This document shows positions 42,054 through 53,810 of a stretch of DNA of 64,000 nucleotides, piece after piece. The translations under genes were made by a program, and so were the position numbers. Positions within the stretch are counted from its first letter, which is position 1. Each line of letters starts with the position of its first letter. Where the stretch lies: NCBI RefSeq assembly GCF_009914755.1, contig NC_060925.1. One strand, 5' to 3'. The DNA comes from the human T2T-CHM13v2.0 reference genome, Homo sapiens. The notes below the pieces were generated by a model. It saw nothing but the letters and a program-made list of their open reading frames with translations, was not told the origin of the DNA and searched no databases.

Positions 42054-42487
42054 TGTCAGGCTTCTGAGCCCAAGCCAAGCCATCGCATCCCCTGTGACTT
42101 GCCCATATACGCAAAGATGGCCTGAAGTAACTGAAGAATCCCAAAAGAAGTGAAAAGGCCCTGCCCCTCCTTAACTGATGACATTCCACCATTGTGATTT
42201 GTTCCTGCCCCACCTTAACTGAGTGATTAACCCTGTGAATTTCCTTCTCCTGGCTCAGAAGCTCCCCCACTGAGCACCTTGTGACCCCCGCCCCTGCCCA
42301 CCAGAGAACAACCCCCTTTGACTGTAATTTTCCATTACCTTCCCAAATCCTATAAAACGGCCCCACCCCTATCTCCCTTCGCTGACTCTCTTTTTGGACT
42401 CAGCCCGCCTGCACCCAGGTGAAATAAACAGCCATGTTGCTCCCACAAAGCCTGTTTGGTGGTCTCTTCACACGGACACGCATGAAA
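42054..42487 (+). promoter_or_regulatory. HERV-H 5' LTR (LTR7, type I)
   Basis: 434 bp; TATAAAA at 42351, GC box CCCCGCCCC at about 42286, AATAAA at 42423. Confidence 0.9.
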
Positions 42488-42489
42488 TT

Positions 42490-42507
42490 TGGTGCTATGA
42501 CTCGGAT
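42490..42507 (+). other. Primer binding site, tRNA-His
   Basis: TGGTGCTATGACTCGGAT versus canonical TGGTGCCGTGACTCGGAT. Confidence 0.9.
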
Positions 42508-42630
42508 CAGGGGACCTCCCTTGGGAGATCAATCCCCTGTCCTCTTGTTCTTTGCTCCATGAGAAAGATCCACTTATGACCTCAGGTCCTCAGACCGACC
42601 AGCCCAAGAAACATCTCACCAATTTCAAAT

Positions 42631-42639
42631 CCGGTAAGC
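42631..42639 (+). promoter_or_regulatory. HERV-H major splice donor
   Basis: AAATCCG|GTAAGC about 150 nt downstream of the 5' LTR. Confidence 0.75.
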
Positions 42640-42992
42640 GGCCTCTTTTTATTCTCTTCTCCAACTTCCCTCACTATCCCTCAACCTCTTTCTCCTTTCA
42701 ATCTTGGCGCCACACTTCAATCTCTCCCTTCTCTTAATTTCAATTCCTTTATCCCAAATCAGATAGCGTTTAGGCTCCTTTTCATCAAATATAAAAATCC
42801 AGCCCAGTTCATGGCTCATTTGGCAGCAACCCTGAGATGCTTTACAGCCCTAGACCCTAAAACGTCAAAAGGCCGTCTTATTCTCAATATACATTTTGTT
42901 ACCCAATCTACTCCCGACATTAAATAAAACTCCAAAAATTACAATCTGGCCCTCAAACCCCACAACAGGACTTAATTAACCTCACCTTCAAG

Positions 42993-43250
42993 GTGTACAA
43001 TAATAGAAAAAATTTGCAATTCCTTGCCTCCACTGTGAGACAAACCCCAGCCACATCTCCAGCACACAAGAACTTCCAAACACCTGAACCGCAGCGGTCA
43101 GGCGTTCCTCCAGAATCTCCTCCCCCAGGAGCTTGCTACAAGTGCCAAAAATCTGGCCACCGGGCCAAGGAATGCCCGCAGCCTGGGATTCCTCCTAAGG
43201 CGTGTCCCATCTGTGCGGGACCCCACTGAAAATCAGACTGTTCAACTCAC
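42993..43250 (+). pseudogene. gag: HERV-H gag remnant (nucleocapsid)
   Basis: CCHC knuckle CYKCQKSGHRAKEC; second knuckle CPICAGPH interrupted by a TGA stop. Confidence 0.88.
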
Positions 43251-43379
43251 CTGGTAGCCACTTCCAAAGCCCCTGGAACTCTGGCCCAAGGCTCTCTGAC
43301 TCCTTCCCAGATCTTCTCAGCTTAGCGGCTGAAGACTGACGCTGCCCGATCGCCTTGGAAGCCCTGTAGACAATTACAG

Positions 43380-43700
43380 ATGCCGAGCTTCGGGTAACTC
43401 TCAGAGTGGAGGGTAAGTCCGTCCCCTTCTTAATCAATACGGAGGCTACCCACTCCACATTACCTTCTTTTCAAGGGCCTGTTTCCCTTGCCTCCATAAC
43501 TGTTGTGGGTATTGACGGCCAGGCTTCTAAACCTCTTAAAACTCCCCAACTCTGGTGCCAACTTAGACAATACTCTTTTAAGCACTCCTTTTTAGTTATC
43601 CCCACCTGCCCAGTTCCCTTATTAGGATGAGACACTTTAACTAAAGTATCTGCTTCCCTGACTATTCCTGGATTACAGCTACATCTCATTGCCACCCTTT
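43380..43700 (+). pseudogene. pro: HERV-H protease remnant
   Basis: FLINTEATHS (catalytic DTGA reads NTEA) ... PTCPVPLLG*D with a stop. Confidence 0.82.
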
Positions 43701-43849
43701 TTCCCAATCCAAAGCCTCCTTTGTATTCTCCTCTTGAATCCCCCCACCTTAACCCACAAGTATAAGATACCTCTCCTCCCTCCTTGGCGACCGATCATGC
43801 ACCCCTTACTATCTCATTAAAACCTAATCCCCCTTACCCCGCTCAATGC

Positions 43850-45520
43850 CAAGATCCCATCCCACAGCACTCTTTAAAATGATTAAAGCCTGTTATCACT
43901 CGCCTGCTACAGCATGGCCTTTTAAAGCCTATGAACTCTCCTTACCATTCCCCTATTTTACCTGTCCTAAAACTGGACAAGGCTTACGAGTTAGTTCAGA
44001 ATCTTAGCCTTATCAACCAAATTGTTTTGCCTATCCACCCCGTGGTGCCAAACCCATATACTCTCCTATCCTCAATACCTCACTCTACTACCCATTATTT
44101 TGTTCTGGGTCTCACACATGCTTTCTTTACTATTCCTTTGCACCCTTCATCCAAGCCTCTCTTTGCTTTCACTTAGACTGACCCTGACACCCATTAGGCT
44201 CAGCAAATTACCTGGGCTGTACTGCCACAGGGCTTCACAGACAGCCCCCATTACTTCAGTCAAGCCCAAATTTCATCCTCATCTGTTACCTATCTCGGCA
44301 TAATTCTCATAAAAACACAAGTGCTCTCCCTGCTGACCGTGTCCGATTAATCTTCCAAACCTCAATCCTTTACAAAACAACAACTCCTTTCCTTCCTAGG
44401 CATGGTTAGTGCAGTCAGAATTCTTACACAAGAGCCAGGACCGCACCCTGTAGGCTTTCTGTCGAAACAACTTGACCTTACTGTTTTAGCCTCGCCCTCA
44501 TGTCTGCGTGCAGTGGCTGCCGCTGCTTTAATACTTTTAGAGGCCCTCAAAATCACAAACTATGCTCAACTCACTCTCTACAGTTCTCATAACTTCCAAA
44601 GTCTATTTTCTTCCTCATACCTGACGCATATAATTTCTGCTCCCCAGCTCCTTCAGCTGTACTCACTCTTTGTTAAGTCCCACAGTTACCACTGTTCCTG
44701 CCCCAGACTTCAATCCGGCCTCCCACATTATTCCAGATACCACACCTGACCCTCATGACTGCATCTCTCTGATCCACCTGATGTTCATCCTATTTCCCTA
44801 CATTTCCTTCTTCCCTGTTTCTCACCCTGATCACGCTTGATTTATTGATGCCAGTTCCACCAGGCCTGATCACCACACACCAGCAAAGGCAGGCTATGCT
44901 ATAGTACAAGCCACTAGCCTGCCTCTTAGAACCTTTCATTTCCTTTCCATCGTAGAAATCTATCCTCAAGGAAATAACTTCTCAGTGTTCCATCTGCTAT
45001 TCTATCTGCTATTCTACTACTCCTCAAGGATTATTCAGGCCCCCTCCCTTCCCTACACATCAAGCTCAAGGATTTGCCCCCGCCCAGGACTGGCAAATTA
45101 GCTTTACTCAACATGCCCTGAGTCACAAAAACTAAAATACCTCTTAGTCTAAGTAGACACCTTCACTAGATAGGTAGAGGCGTTTCCTACAGGGTCTGAG
45201 AAGGCCACCGCAGTCATTTCTTCCCTTCTGTCAGACACAATTCCTTAGTTTAGCCTTCCCACCTCTATGTAGTCTGATAACAGACCAGCCTTTATTAGTC
45301 AAATCAGCCAAGCATTTTTTCAGGCTCTTAGTATTCAGTGACAGACTAATGGTCTATTAAAAACACACCTCACCAAACTCAGCCACCAACTTAAAAAGGA
45401 CTGGACAATACTTTTATCACTTTCCCTTCTCAGAAGTCAGACCTGTCCTCAAAATGCTACAAGGTACAGCCCATTTAAACTCCTGTATAGACGCTCCTTT
45501 TTATTAGGCCCCAATCTCAT
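43850..45520 (+). pseudogene. pol: HERV-H pol remnant (RT, connection/RNase H, integrase), with stops, frameshifts and deletions
   Basis: NSPYHSPILPV, VPNPYTLLSSIP, AFFTIPLH and TWAVLPQGF RT motifs; DWQI...VDTF...VEAFP integrase motifs at about 45085-45190. Confidence 0.88.
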
Positions 45521-46117
45521 TCCAGACACCAGACCAACTTAGACTGTGCCCCCAAATAACTTGTCATCCCTACTATCTTCTGTCTAGTCATACTCCTATT
45601 CACCATTCTCAACTACTCATACATGCCCTGCTCTTGTTTACACTGCCGGTTTACACTGTTTCTCCAAGCCATCACAGATGATATCTCCCCGTGCTATCCC
45701 CAAACTGCCACTCTTAACTCTTGAAGTAAATAAATAATCTTTGCTGGCAGGACTATGCTGAACCTCCTTAGGCACTCTCTAATTAGATGTCCTAGGTCCT
45801 CCCAATTCTTAGTCCTTTTATACCTGCTTTTCTCCTTCTCTTATTCCATTTAGTTTTTCAATTCATACAAAACCGTATCCAGGCCATCACCAATCATTCT
45901 ATACGACAAATGTTTCTTCTAACAACCCACAATATCACCCCTTACCACAAGACCTCCCTTCAGCTTAATCTCTCCCACTCTAAGTTCCCACGCCGCCCCT
46001 AATCCCACTTGAAGCAGCCCTGAGAAACATCGCCCATTCTCTCTCCATACCACCCCCCAAAAATTTTTGCCACCCCAACACTTCAACACTATTTTGTTTT
46101 ATTTTTCTTATTAATAT

Positions 46118-46130
46118 AAGAAGGCAGGAA
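46118..46130 (+). other. Polypurine tract
   Basis: AAGAAGGCAGGAA immediately before the 3' LTR TG. Confidence 0.85.
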
Positions 46131-46519
46131 TGTCAGGCCTCTGAGCCCAAGCCAAGCCATAGCATCCCCTGTGACTTGCACGTATATGCCCAGATGGCCT
46201 GAACTGAAGAATCATAAAAGAAGTGAAAAGGCCCTGCCCCACCTTAACTGATGACATTCCACCATTGTGAATTTTCTTCTCCTGGCTCAGAAGCTCCCCC
46301 ACTGAGCACATTGTGACCCCCACCCCTGCCCACCAGAGAACAACCCCCTTTGACTGTAATTTTCCATTACCTTCCCAAATCCTATAAAACGGCCCCACTC
46401 CTATCTCCCTTCACTGACTCTCCTTTTGGACTCAGCCCGCCTGCGCCCAGGTGAAATAAACAGCCATGTTGCTCACACAAATCCTGTTTGGTGGTCTCTT
46501 CACACGGACACGCATGAAA
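46131..46519 (+). promoter_or_regulatory. HERV-H 3' LTR (LTR7), 45 bp shorter than the 5' LTR
   Basis: 389 bp; TATAAAA and AATAAA intact. Confidence 0.9.
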
Positions 46520-47946
46520 CACTCCAAAACTCATGTTGACCCTTTGTCCTCAGTGTGGCAGTATGAGAGGCGGGGCCTTTAAGAAGTGATTGGATCATGA
46601 GAGTTCCGCCCTAATGAATGGGTTAGCCCATTCATGTATTAATAGATTAATGGGTTATTATGGTAGGGGAACTGGTAGCTTTACAAGAAGAGGAAGAGAG
46701 ACCTGGGCTAGCTAGCACATGAGCAAGCTCAGCCCCCTTGCCATGTGATGCTCTGTGCCTCCTTGGGATGCCTCAGAGACCTCTCCTAGAAAGAAGGTCC
46801 TCACCAGATGCAGCCCTCTGACCTTGAGCTTTCCAGTCTCCATGACTGTAAAAAATAAATTTCATTCTTTTTTAAAATTGAGACATAAGAGATGTATATA
46901 TTTTGGGGTTACATGTGATCTTTTGATACATATGTATAATGTGTAATAATCAGATTAGGGTAATCGGAACATCCACTACCTTAAACATTTATCTTTTCTG
47001 TACTCTGGGAACATTTGAATTATTCTCTACTAGCTATTTTGAAATATACAATGAATTGTTGTTTACTATAGTCACTGTACTGATTTATTGAACATTAGGT
47101 CTTATTTCTTGTAACTGTATTTTTTCTATCAATCATCCTCTATCCACTTCTCCCCTCTACTCTGGCCTCCGGTATCCACCAATCTACTCTCTATCTTCAT
47201 GAGATCCGCTTTGTTAGCTCCCACATATGAGTAGAACATGTGGTGTTTGACTTTCTGGGCTTGGCTTATTCTACTTGACATAAGTTCGTCTCTGTCGCTG
47301 TAAATGATGAGATTTTATTCTATTTTAGGACTGAATAATATCCTATTGTGTATATACACCAAGTTTTCTTTAACCATTCATCCATTGATGCGCACTTGGG
47401 TTAAGTCCATATTTTGGCTATCATGAATAGTGCTGCAATAAACATGAGGGTGCAGATATCTCCTCGATACATTGATTTCCTTTCATTTGGATAAATAACC
47501 CAGCTGTGGGATTGCTGGGTCATATGGTAGTTCTATTTTTAGTTTTTTGAGGCACCTCCATATACTTTTTCATAATGATTGTGCTGATTTATATTCCTAT
47601 CACCAGTGTACGAAGGGTTCCCTTTCTCCACAATATCACCAGCATTTGTTGTTTCTATCTTTGATAAAAGCCATTTTAACTGAGATGAGATGATATCTCA
47701 CTGTGGTTTTGGCTTTCATTTCTCTGGTGGTTAAATTAATGATGTTGAGCATTTTACACATACCTATTGGCCATTTGCATGGCCTCTTTTGAGAAAAGTC
47801 TATTCAGATCTTTCACCTGGTTTGAAATTGGATTGTTTACTGATTTTGCTATTGAGTTGTTTGAGTTCCTTATATATTCTTGTTATTACTCCCTGGTCAC
47901 ATGGCTAGTTTGCAAATATTTTCTCCCATTCTGTGGTTTGTCTCTT

Positions 47947-49436
47947 TGTTACAGTAGGTAGCTAGTCATACATGAGCAGGGCAGGAGAAGGCCCCCCGCA
48001 ACCAGGAATGTCAGGTGATCAACAGGTGATGGTCAGGCGGTTGTTAACTGTCTGTCTAAAATACTTGGTCACAGCCAGCTCCAGGGAAAGGCAGTCTCTC
48101 AATAGATAGAAAAAACCTCAAATTAGTGATAGCAGCTTCCTGATAATGAGAGACAGGACTAGCTGGATTTCCTAGGCCGACTAAGAATTCCTAAGCCTAG
48201 CTGGGAAGGTCACCACATCCACCTTTAAACACCGGGCTTGCAACTTAGCTCACACCTGACCAGTCAGATAGTAAAAAGAGCTCACTAAAATGCTAATTAG
48301 GCAAAAACAGGAAATAAAGAAATAGCCAATCATCTATTGCCTGAGAGCACAGAGGGAGATAAATGATCAGGATATAAACCCAGGCATTCAAGCCAGCAAT
48401 GGCTAACCTCTTCGGGTCCCCTCCCTTTGTATGGGAGCTCTGTTTTCACTCTGTTAAATCTTGCAACTGCACTCTCTTCTGGTCCGTGTTTGTTACGGCT
48501 TGAGCTGAGCTTTTGCTCGCCATCCACCACTGCTGTTTGCCGCCATCATAGACCAGCCACTAACTTCCATCCCTCTGGATCTGGCAGGGTGTCTGCTGTG
48601 CTCCTGATTCAGTGAGGCGCCCATTGCTGCTCCCGATCGGGCTAAAGGCTTGCCATTGTTCCTGCATGGCTAAGTGCCCAGATTCATCCTAATCGAGCTG
48701 AACACTAGTCACTGGGTTCCACGGTTCTCTTCTGTGACCCACAGCTTCTAATAGAGCTATAACACTCACTGCATGGCCCAATATTCCATTCCTTGGAATC
48801 CGTGAGGCAAAGAAACCCAGATCAGAGAACACGAGGCTTGCCACCATCTTGGAAGTGGCCTGTCACCATCTTGGAAGTGGCCCGCCACCATGTTGGGAGC
48901 TCTGGGAGCAAGGACCCCCCAGTAACAATAAGATCTCAGGAGTTGGATGAGTGGGCTCAAGCATGTGCACAAAGAGACAAAATGGCAGAGTTTAATGGGT
49001 ATATGACCTTCCTCTAGGAACATTCAACTGGTTAAGGGAAAAACACCTCAAGTGAGCATGTATACAACTCTAGTAAACACACTGTGTATGTGGCCCCTCC
49101 CAGGTGCTGGCAGGCCACTGTGCATACAGACAGCCCACTCCAAGGGAAGAATCAGGGGAGAAGCAGCACAACACCCCTGAAGCATGCCAACGTATAAAAC
49201 CCCAAGTGAAAAAGTCAAACGGTGCACTTGATCTCTCAAGTCACCTGCTTGGCCCTCTTCCAAGTATACTGTACTTCTTTTCATTCCTGCCCTAAAACTT
49301 CTCAATAAACTTTCACTCCTGCTCTAAAACATGCTTTAGTCTCTCCTTCTGCCTATACCCCTCCACTGAATTCTTTCTTCTGAGGAGGTAAGAACTGAGG
49401 TTGCTGGAGACCTGTATGGATTTGCTGTTGGTAACA
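47947..49436 (+). mobile_element. MER50 solo LTR, copy 3, split by LTR17
   Basis: TGTTACAGTAGGTAGCTAGTC...GGTAACA; 4-bp TSD TCTT. Confidence 0.9.
48147..48927 (+). mobile_element. LTR17 (HERV-W) solo LTR, copy 2
   Basis: TGAGAGACAGGACTAGCTGG...CCCCAGTAACA; 4-bp TSD ATAA (48143-46 and 48928-31). Confidence 0.95.
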
Positions 49437-50792
49437 TCTTCACTTTTTTGATTGTTTTCTTTGCTGTGCAGAAGCTTCTTAGCTTGATGAAATCCATCTG
49501 TCTGTTTTTGTTTTCATTGCCTGTGCTTTTGAGGTCTTACTCAAAAATTATTTGCCCATACCAGTGTCCTGGAGTGTTTCTCCAATGTTTTCTTCTAGCA
49601 GTTTTTTAGTTCCAGGTCTTAGATTTAAGTCTGTAATCCATTTTGTTTTTATTTCTGTGTATGGTGAGAGATAGCATACATTCCCCAATGTATGCTCTTG
49701 GCACCCTTGTCAAAAATGTTGGCTGTAAATGCATAGATTTATTTTCGGGTTCTTTATGCTATTCCATTGGTCTATGTGTCTGTTTTAATGTCAATACCAT
49801 GCTGTTTTGATTACTACAACTTTATAGTATATTTTGAAGTTAGATAATGTGATGCCTCCAGCTTTTTTTTTTTGCTTAGAACTTTTTATTTATTTTTTTG
49901 CTATTCAGGGTCTTTTGTGGTTCCATGCAAGTTTCAGGATTATTTTTTCTATTTCTGTGAAGAAGGTCATTGACATCTTGATCAGAATTGCATTGAGTCT
50001 GATCACATTGAGTAGTATTGAAATTTTAGTAATATTAACTCTTTAAAGTACCTAGTTTCAGGCATTATGTTATAAGCAATAGAAAATGGACTAAGACAGA
50101 AAGGCATTGGGGGGCCAATAATGGGGAAGTTACAAGGAAAAACTCAGTAAACAAGGGTAAGGTTTGTTATGTAAATTTAAGTCAGTGCCTTCTCCATTGG
50201 TAAGACTCAGTAACTTAGAGTCATTCTTTTCTTCCTTGTACAGACAGGGAGACACCCTTACAAATGGAGATCTTCTTTATACATGTAAGGTCTCTACCAA
50301 AGGGTAACTGCTGCACTATTTTTACAGTTTCTCCTGTGTCTAAAGTTTCTGAAAATAATCAGCTCAAATAATCCTTATGCGAAAGAAGCACATTTTAGGG
50401 GAGTCATAGTCTGAACTCCTGCAATGTGATAAAGACTGCACATGTAATAATTCTGGAGAAGCCAGGGTACATAAAGCCATGTGAGTCACACTCTCTGCTT
50501 GCAAAAGGGTTATCTCCTCAAGCTTGAGTAGGATGGTCCAAGCCTGTGGTTTTATCCCAGGCATGTGGAGGAGTTGGCAGATTAGAAAGAAAAAGGCCTG
50601 AGCAGTGCTGAGTGGGCAAGGGCAGCAACACTCTTCTAAAGGGCCAGGGAGTTTTGGACTGAGATGAACTAGATGACCATTAAGATTTATTCCAGTCTAA
50701 GATCCAATGCTTCTGTGACTCTAACATGTTTTACAGTTTCTTGTTTTGATGCTGCAGTATTACTAATAGCTATTATTTACTAAGCCACTTAC

Positions 50793-51256
50793 TGTCTCAT
50801 GTGTCCATATGAAGAGACCACCAAATAGGCTTTGTGTGAGACACAAGGCTGTTTATTTCACCTGTGTGCAGGCGGGCTGAGTCCAAAAAGAGACTCAGCA
50901 AGCATGGTGGGATTATCATTAGTTCTTGTAGGTTTGGGGATAGGCGGTGGAGTTAGGAGCAATGTTTTGTGGGCAGGGGGTGGATCTCACAAAGTACATT
51001 CTCAAGGGTGGGGAGCATTACAAAGAATCTTCTTAAGGGTGGGGGAGATTACAAACAATCTTTTTAAGGGTGGAGAAAATCACAAAGTACATTGATCAGT
51101 TAGAGTGGGGCAGAAACAAATCACAATGGTGGAATGTCATCAGTTAAGGCTATTTTCACTTATTTTGTGGATCTTCAGTTGCTTCAGGCCATCTGGATGT
51201 ATGCGTGGCAGGTCACAGGGGATATGATGGCTTAGCTTGGGCTCAGAGGCCTGACA
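50793..51256 (-). mobile_element. LTR7B-type (type II HERV-H) solo LTR
   Basis: Reverse complement TGTCAGGCCTCTGAGCCCAAGCTAAGCCATCATATCC...GATCAATGTACTTTGT...(CCACCCTT)x3 type-II repeats; 5-bp TSD CTTAC. Confidence 0.9.
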
Positions 51257-51264
51257 CTTACTAT

Positions 51265-51970
51265 TGAAACTGCCATTGCAAAATTGTAACTGAGGCAATG
51301 AAAGAGATCTGACCTAACCAACTCCGTCTTGCTTCTAACCTCCAAGCTATCCTTGCTCGTTCCTGGATGCAGGCTGAACTAACTTTGGGAGAAACTTAGT
51401 TTATAGTTTAGTGTTTAAAACAAAGACGATAATAGCTCTTTCACAAAAATCAACCTTCCTCTTGCCTGGGGACTAGATTCCCTTTGTAGGACTAACAAAT
51501 TAGCCACAAGATTAGAAATTATGGTTTAGGAGTCATGCCACCGGAAGATTCTGACCCTCCTTAAACTATTCCTAAAATCAGTGCTTGAGCTGTTTTGCAG
51601 AGATATTTTGCAGATGCTTCACTTGATGGATTAGCTGGCACCACCCAGATCGATAAACTGGCTCATCTGATCTTGTGGCTCCAACCCAGGAACTGACTCA
51701 GGGCAAGAAGACAGCTTTGACTCCCGATGATTTCATCTCTGACCTGACCAATCAGCACTCCTGGCTCACTGGCCTCCCCACATCCACCAAGATGTCCTTA
51801 AAAATTCTGATTCCGGAATGCTCGGGAAGACTGATTTGAGTAATAATAAAACTCTGGTCTTCCACACAGCCAGTTCTGCATGAATTACTCTTTCTCTATT
51901 GCATTTCCCCTGTCTTGATAAATCGGCTCTATCTAAGCAGTGGGCAAAGTGAACCCACTGGGCGGTTACG
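51265..51970 (+). mobile_element. LTR8 (ERV1) solo LTR
   Basis: TGAAACTGCCATTGCAAAATT...GACCTAACCAACTCC...GATTTGAGTAATAATAAAACTC...GGGCGGTTACG; 4-bp TSD CTAT. Confidence 0.88.
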
Positions 51971-53810
51971 CTATGGGCCAGGGTTTGCTGACTACTTCGT
52001 ATGTATAAGGTTATTTATTCTTCATGATAACATAATTTTTAAAAAGGCATTGTCTTCCCCACTTTACAAATGAGACAACTAAAGTGCAAAAAGTGTAAGT
52101 AACTTTCAAAGATCACAGAATTTGAATGCGATGGCCAGGGCTGAGTCCATGCTCTAGACAGTAGTGTTCAACCTCTTCCCTTGGTGCTACCAGCTGGGGC
52201 CTGTACTAGTTTTCTATCCTCACCCTTGCACCATGACTTGGAGTCTCTCTGGAAGCTGACAGGAGAATTTCAGAGAAGGCACGACGCATCAGTGCCACTG
52301 GGAGGAAAGAAGCTTTTGTTTGATCCTCTAAGCCCCAGTTGGAACCAATCTTCGCAGTGGTGTTGGCAGCCTCAGGACTCTCTGGGGACTTTCCCATTCT
52401 GGAAACTGAAGATCTGCTTAAGCGCTGCACAGGTGACAGTTACCCGATCCTCGGCTAGCTCTTTGCTGTGGTGGCCAAGAAAATGCTCATTAAGTTTGGA
52501 GTTCTGTTTCCTTAGTTCCTTGTCCTGACAGCCTAAATGATTTCAGATTTTTCCAGTAGTGTGCTCTTCTCCCACCTACAAAACAAAATGTACATGTGCT
52601 TCCTAGGTTAAGGGATGGTTTTATTTAGGTCCAACTGGATGGTGGGAACTGAGAAATACTGCATTCGAGGACCGGGGCAAGTTCTGAAGCTCCTAAGCAG
52701 TGGGTGCCCACGGAGAATACATTTCAGGTCCATTATTCATGACTTAAGTTGATGTTCTCAAGCATTAGGCCAAAGACCTGAAAAATACAATAATCCCCGA
52801 GAAATGTGCTGCCCAGAATGTCATATTATCCCACAAGGAGGAATGCCTAACCAAGACTAGGAAAAGGACAAGGCCAAACCCCTTGCTGGGATGTACAAAG
52901 TATAATTGCAAATTGTCAGTAATGAAGAATGCCGCATGGTCAGTTGTGTTTACTGGAACTTGTCTAGTGATATCACTGACAGTCAGCAAGGGAGGTCAGG
53001 TTCCTGCTGCCTCACGGCCTCCCATAAAAGACAGGAGTAAACTTCTTTGAGTATAATGAGTCTCCCTTTTCCTGTTCCTCTCTCCTTCCATGTATACCTG
53101 CTGCTTTCTTTCGAACTAGAAATCTATTTCATTTTGTTTGGAGAATAAAGTCTTTGGTAGATGCTAGTTACTGAATTCATGTGCTGCTTAAGCTCAGAAG
53201 ACACACGTGGACAGAAACCCTCCTACAGGGAAGTCGAGACTTTCCCTCTGAAAGTTCAAGTCTAAATCTGTTGAAATGAATTTATAAGAAATATATTAAC
53301 AGAAAATAAGATGCACAAATGTATTAATGTGCACATGGACACGAGAGTCACACAAGTACAAGACTCAAAGAAGGGCCAGATGGTTGAGGCTTATATACTC
53401 TCTTCATAGAAGAGAGGGAGATGGGGAAAATGAAAGCAATTTACGGGATTGCAAATAATTTTTAGGGGAATTGAGAGGACTTGGGAGGCAGATATTATCT
53501 TGTAAATATTCTTAGGAAACTGAATGGGACCTGCAAGTTACAGGAAAGTGAGGGGCAGAACTGCACTGTGAACAGAGGTGGTCTTATTATGTAGAAAGCC
53601 TCCCAGGCAATCTATCGGAGCTGTCCTCAGAAGAACAAATAAAATCTATCTGGGTGCATTTGTGGCTTTTAATCACTTATCTTCTTCTCAGATAAGAAAA
53701 TTCCAGAGTCCCTTCTTGCACTTGGGGGAAGAGGGTGTGGGGTGAGAGAGGAACAAAAGATTAGAAAGGTTTTGGTTCTGAGGCAGCTTCTAAGGCCTTC
53801 CAATTTCTTT

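Larger units (their letters stand above)
42054..46519 (+). mobile_element. HERV-H provirus (LTR7-internal-LTR7), internally deleted, no intact ORFs
   Basis: Two TGTCAGGC...CATGAAA LTRs, 5-bp TSD CACTC (42049-53 and 46520-24), His PBS, PPT, gag/pro/pol remnants. Confidence 0.97.
46871..50040 (-). mobile_element. L1MA2-4-type LINE (3' UTR and ORF2 end), split by MER50
   Basis: TACATGTGATCTTTTGATACAT...CTAGCTATTTTGAAATATACAAT; ORF2 antisense CTGTGCAGAAGCTT resumes at 49437. Confidence 0.88.
42031..50098 (+). mobile_element. MSTC-type MaLR LTR in three pieces (42031-42053, 46520-46870, 50040-50098)
   Basis: TGCCATGGTTTGAATGGCCACTC|CAAAACTCATGTTG...AAATAAATTTCATTC|TTTAAAGTACCTAG...GGACTAAGACA; flanks GAAGG/GAAAG. 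Confidence 0.85.
41808..50423 (-). mobile_element. MER34-group (ERV1) solo LTR in two pieces, 41808-42030 and 50099-50423
   Basis: Reverse complement starts TGCAGGAG...CATAAGGATTATTTGAGCTGATTATTTTCAGAAAC...CATTTGTAAGGGTGTCTCCC; the pieces join once the MST insertion is removed. Confidence 0.7.
50760..52170 (-). mobile_element. MIR split by two LTRs
   Basis: AATAGCTATTATTTACTAAGCCACTTAC|TAT|GGGCCAGG...CCCCACTTTACAAATGAGACAACT. Confidence 0.6.

Noticed and set aside
42993-46130. Functional HERV-H Gag, Pol or Env proteins
   Set aside because: Stops, frameshifts, a mutated protease active site, no YXDD motif seen, and env essentially absent.
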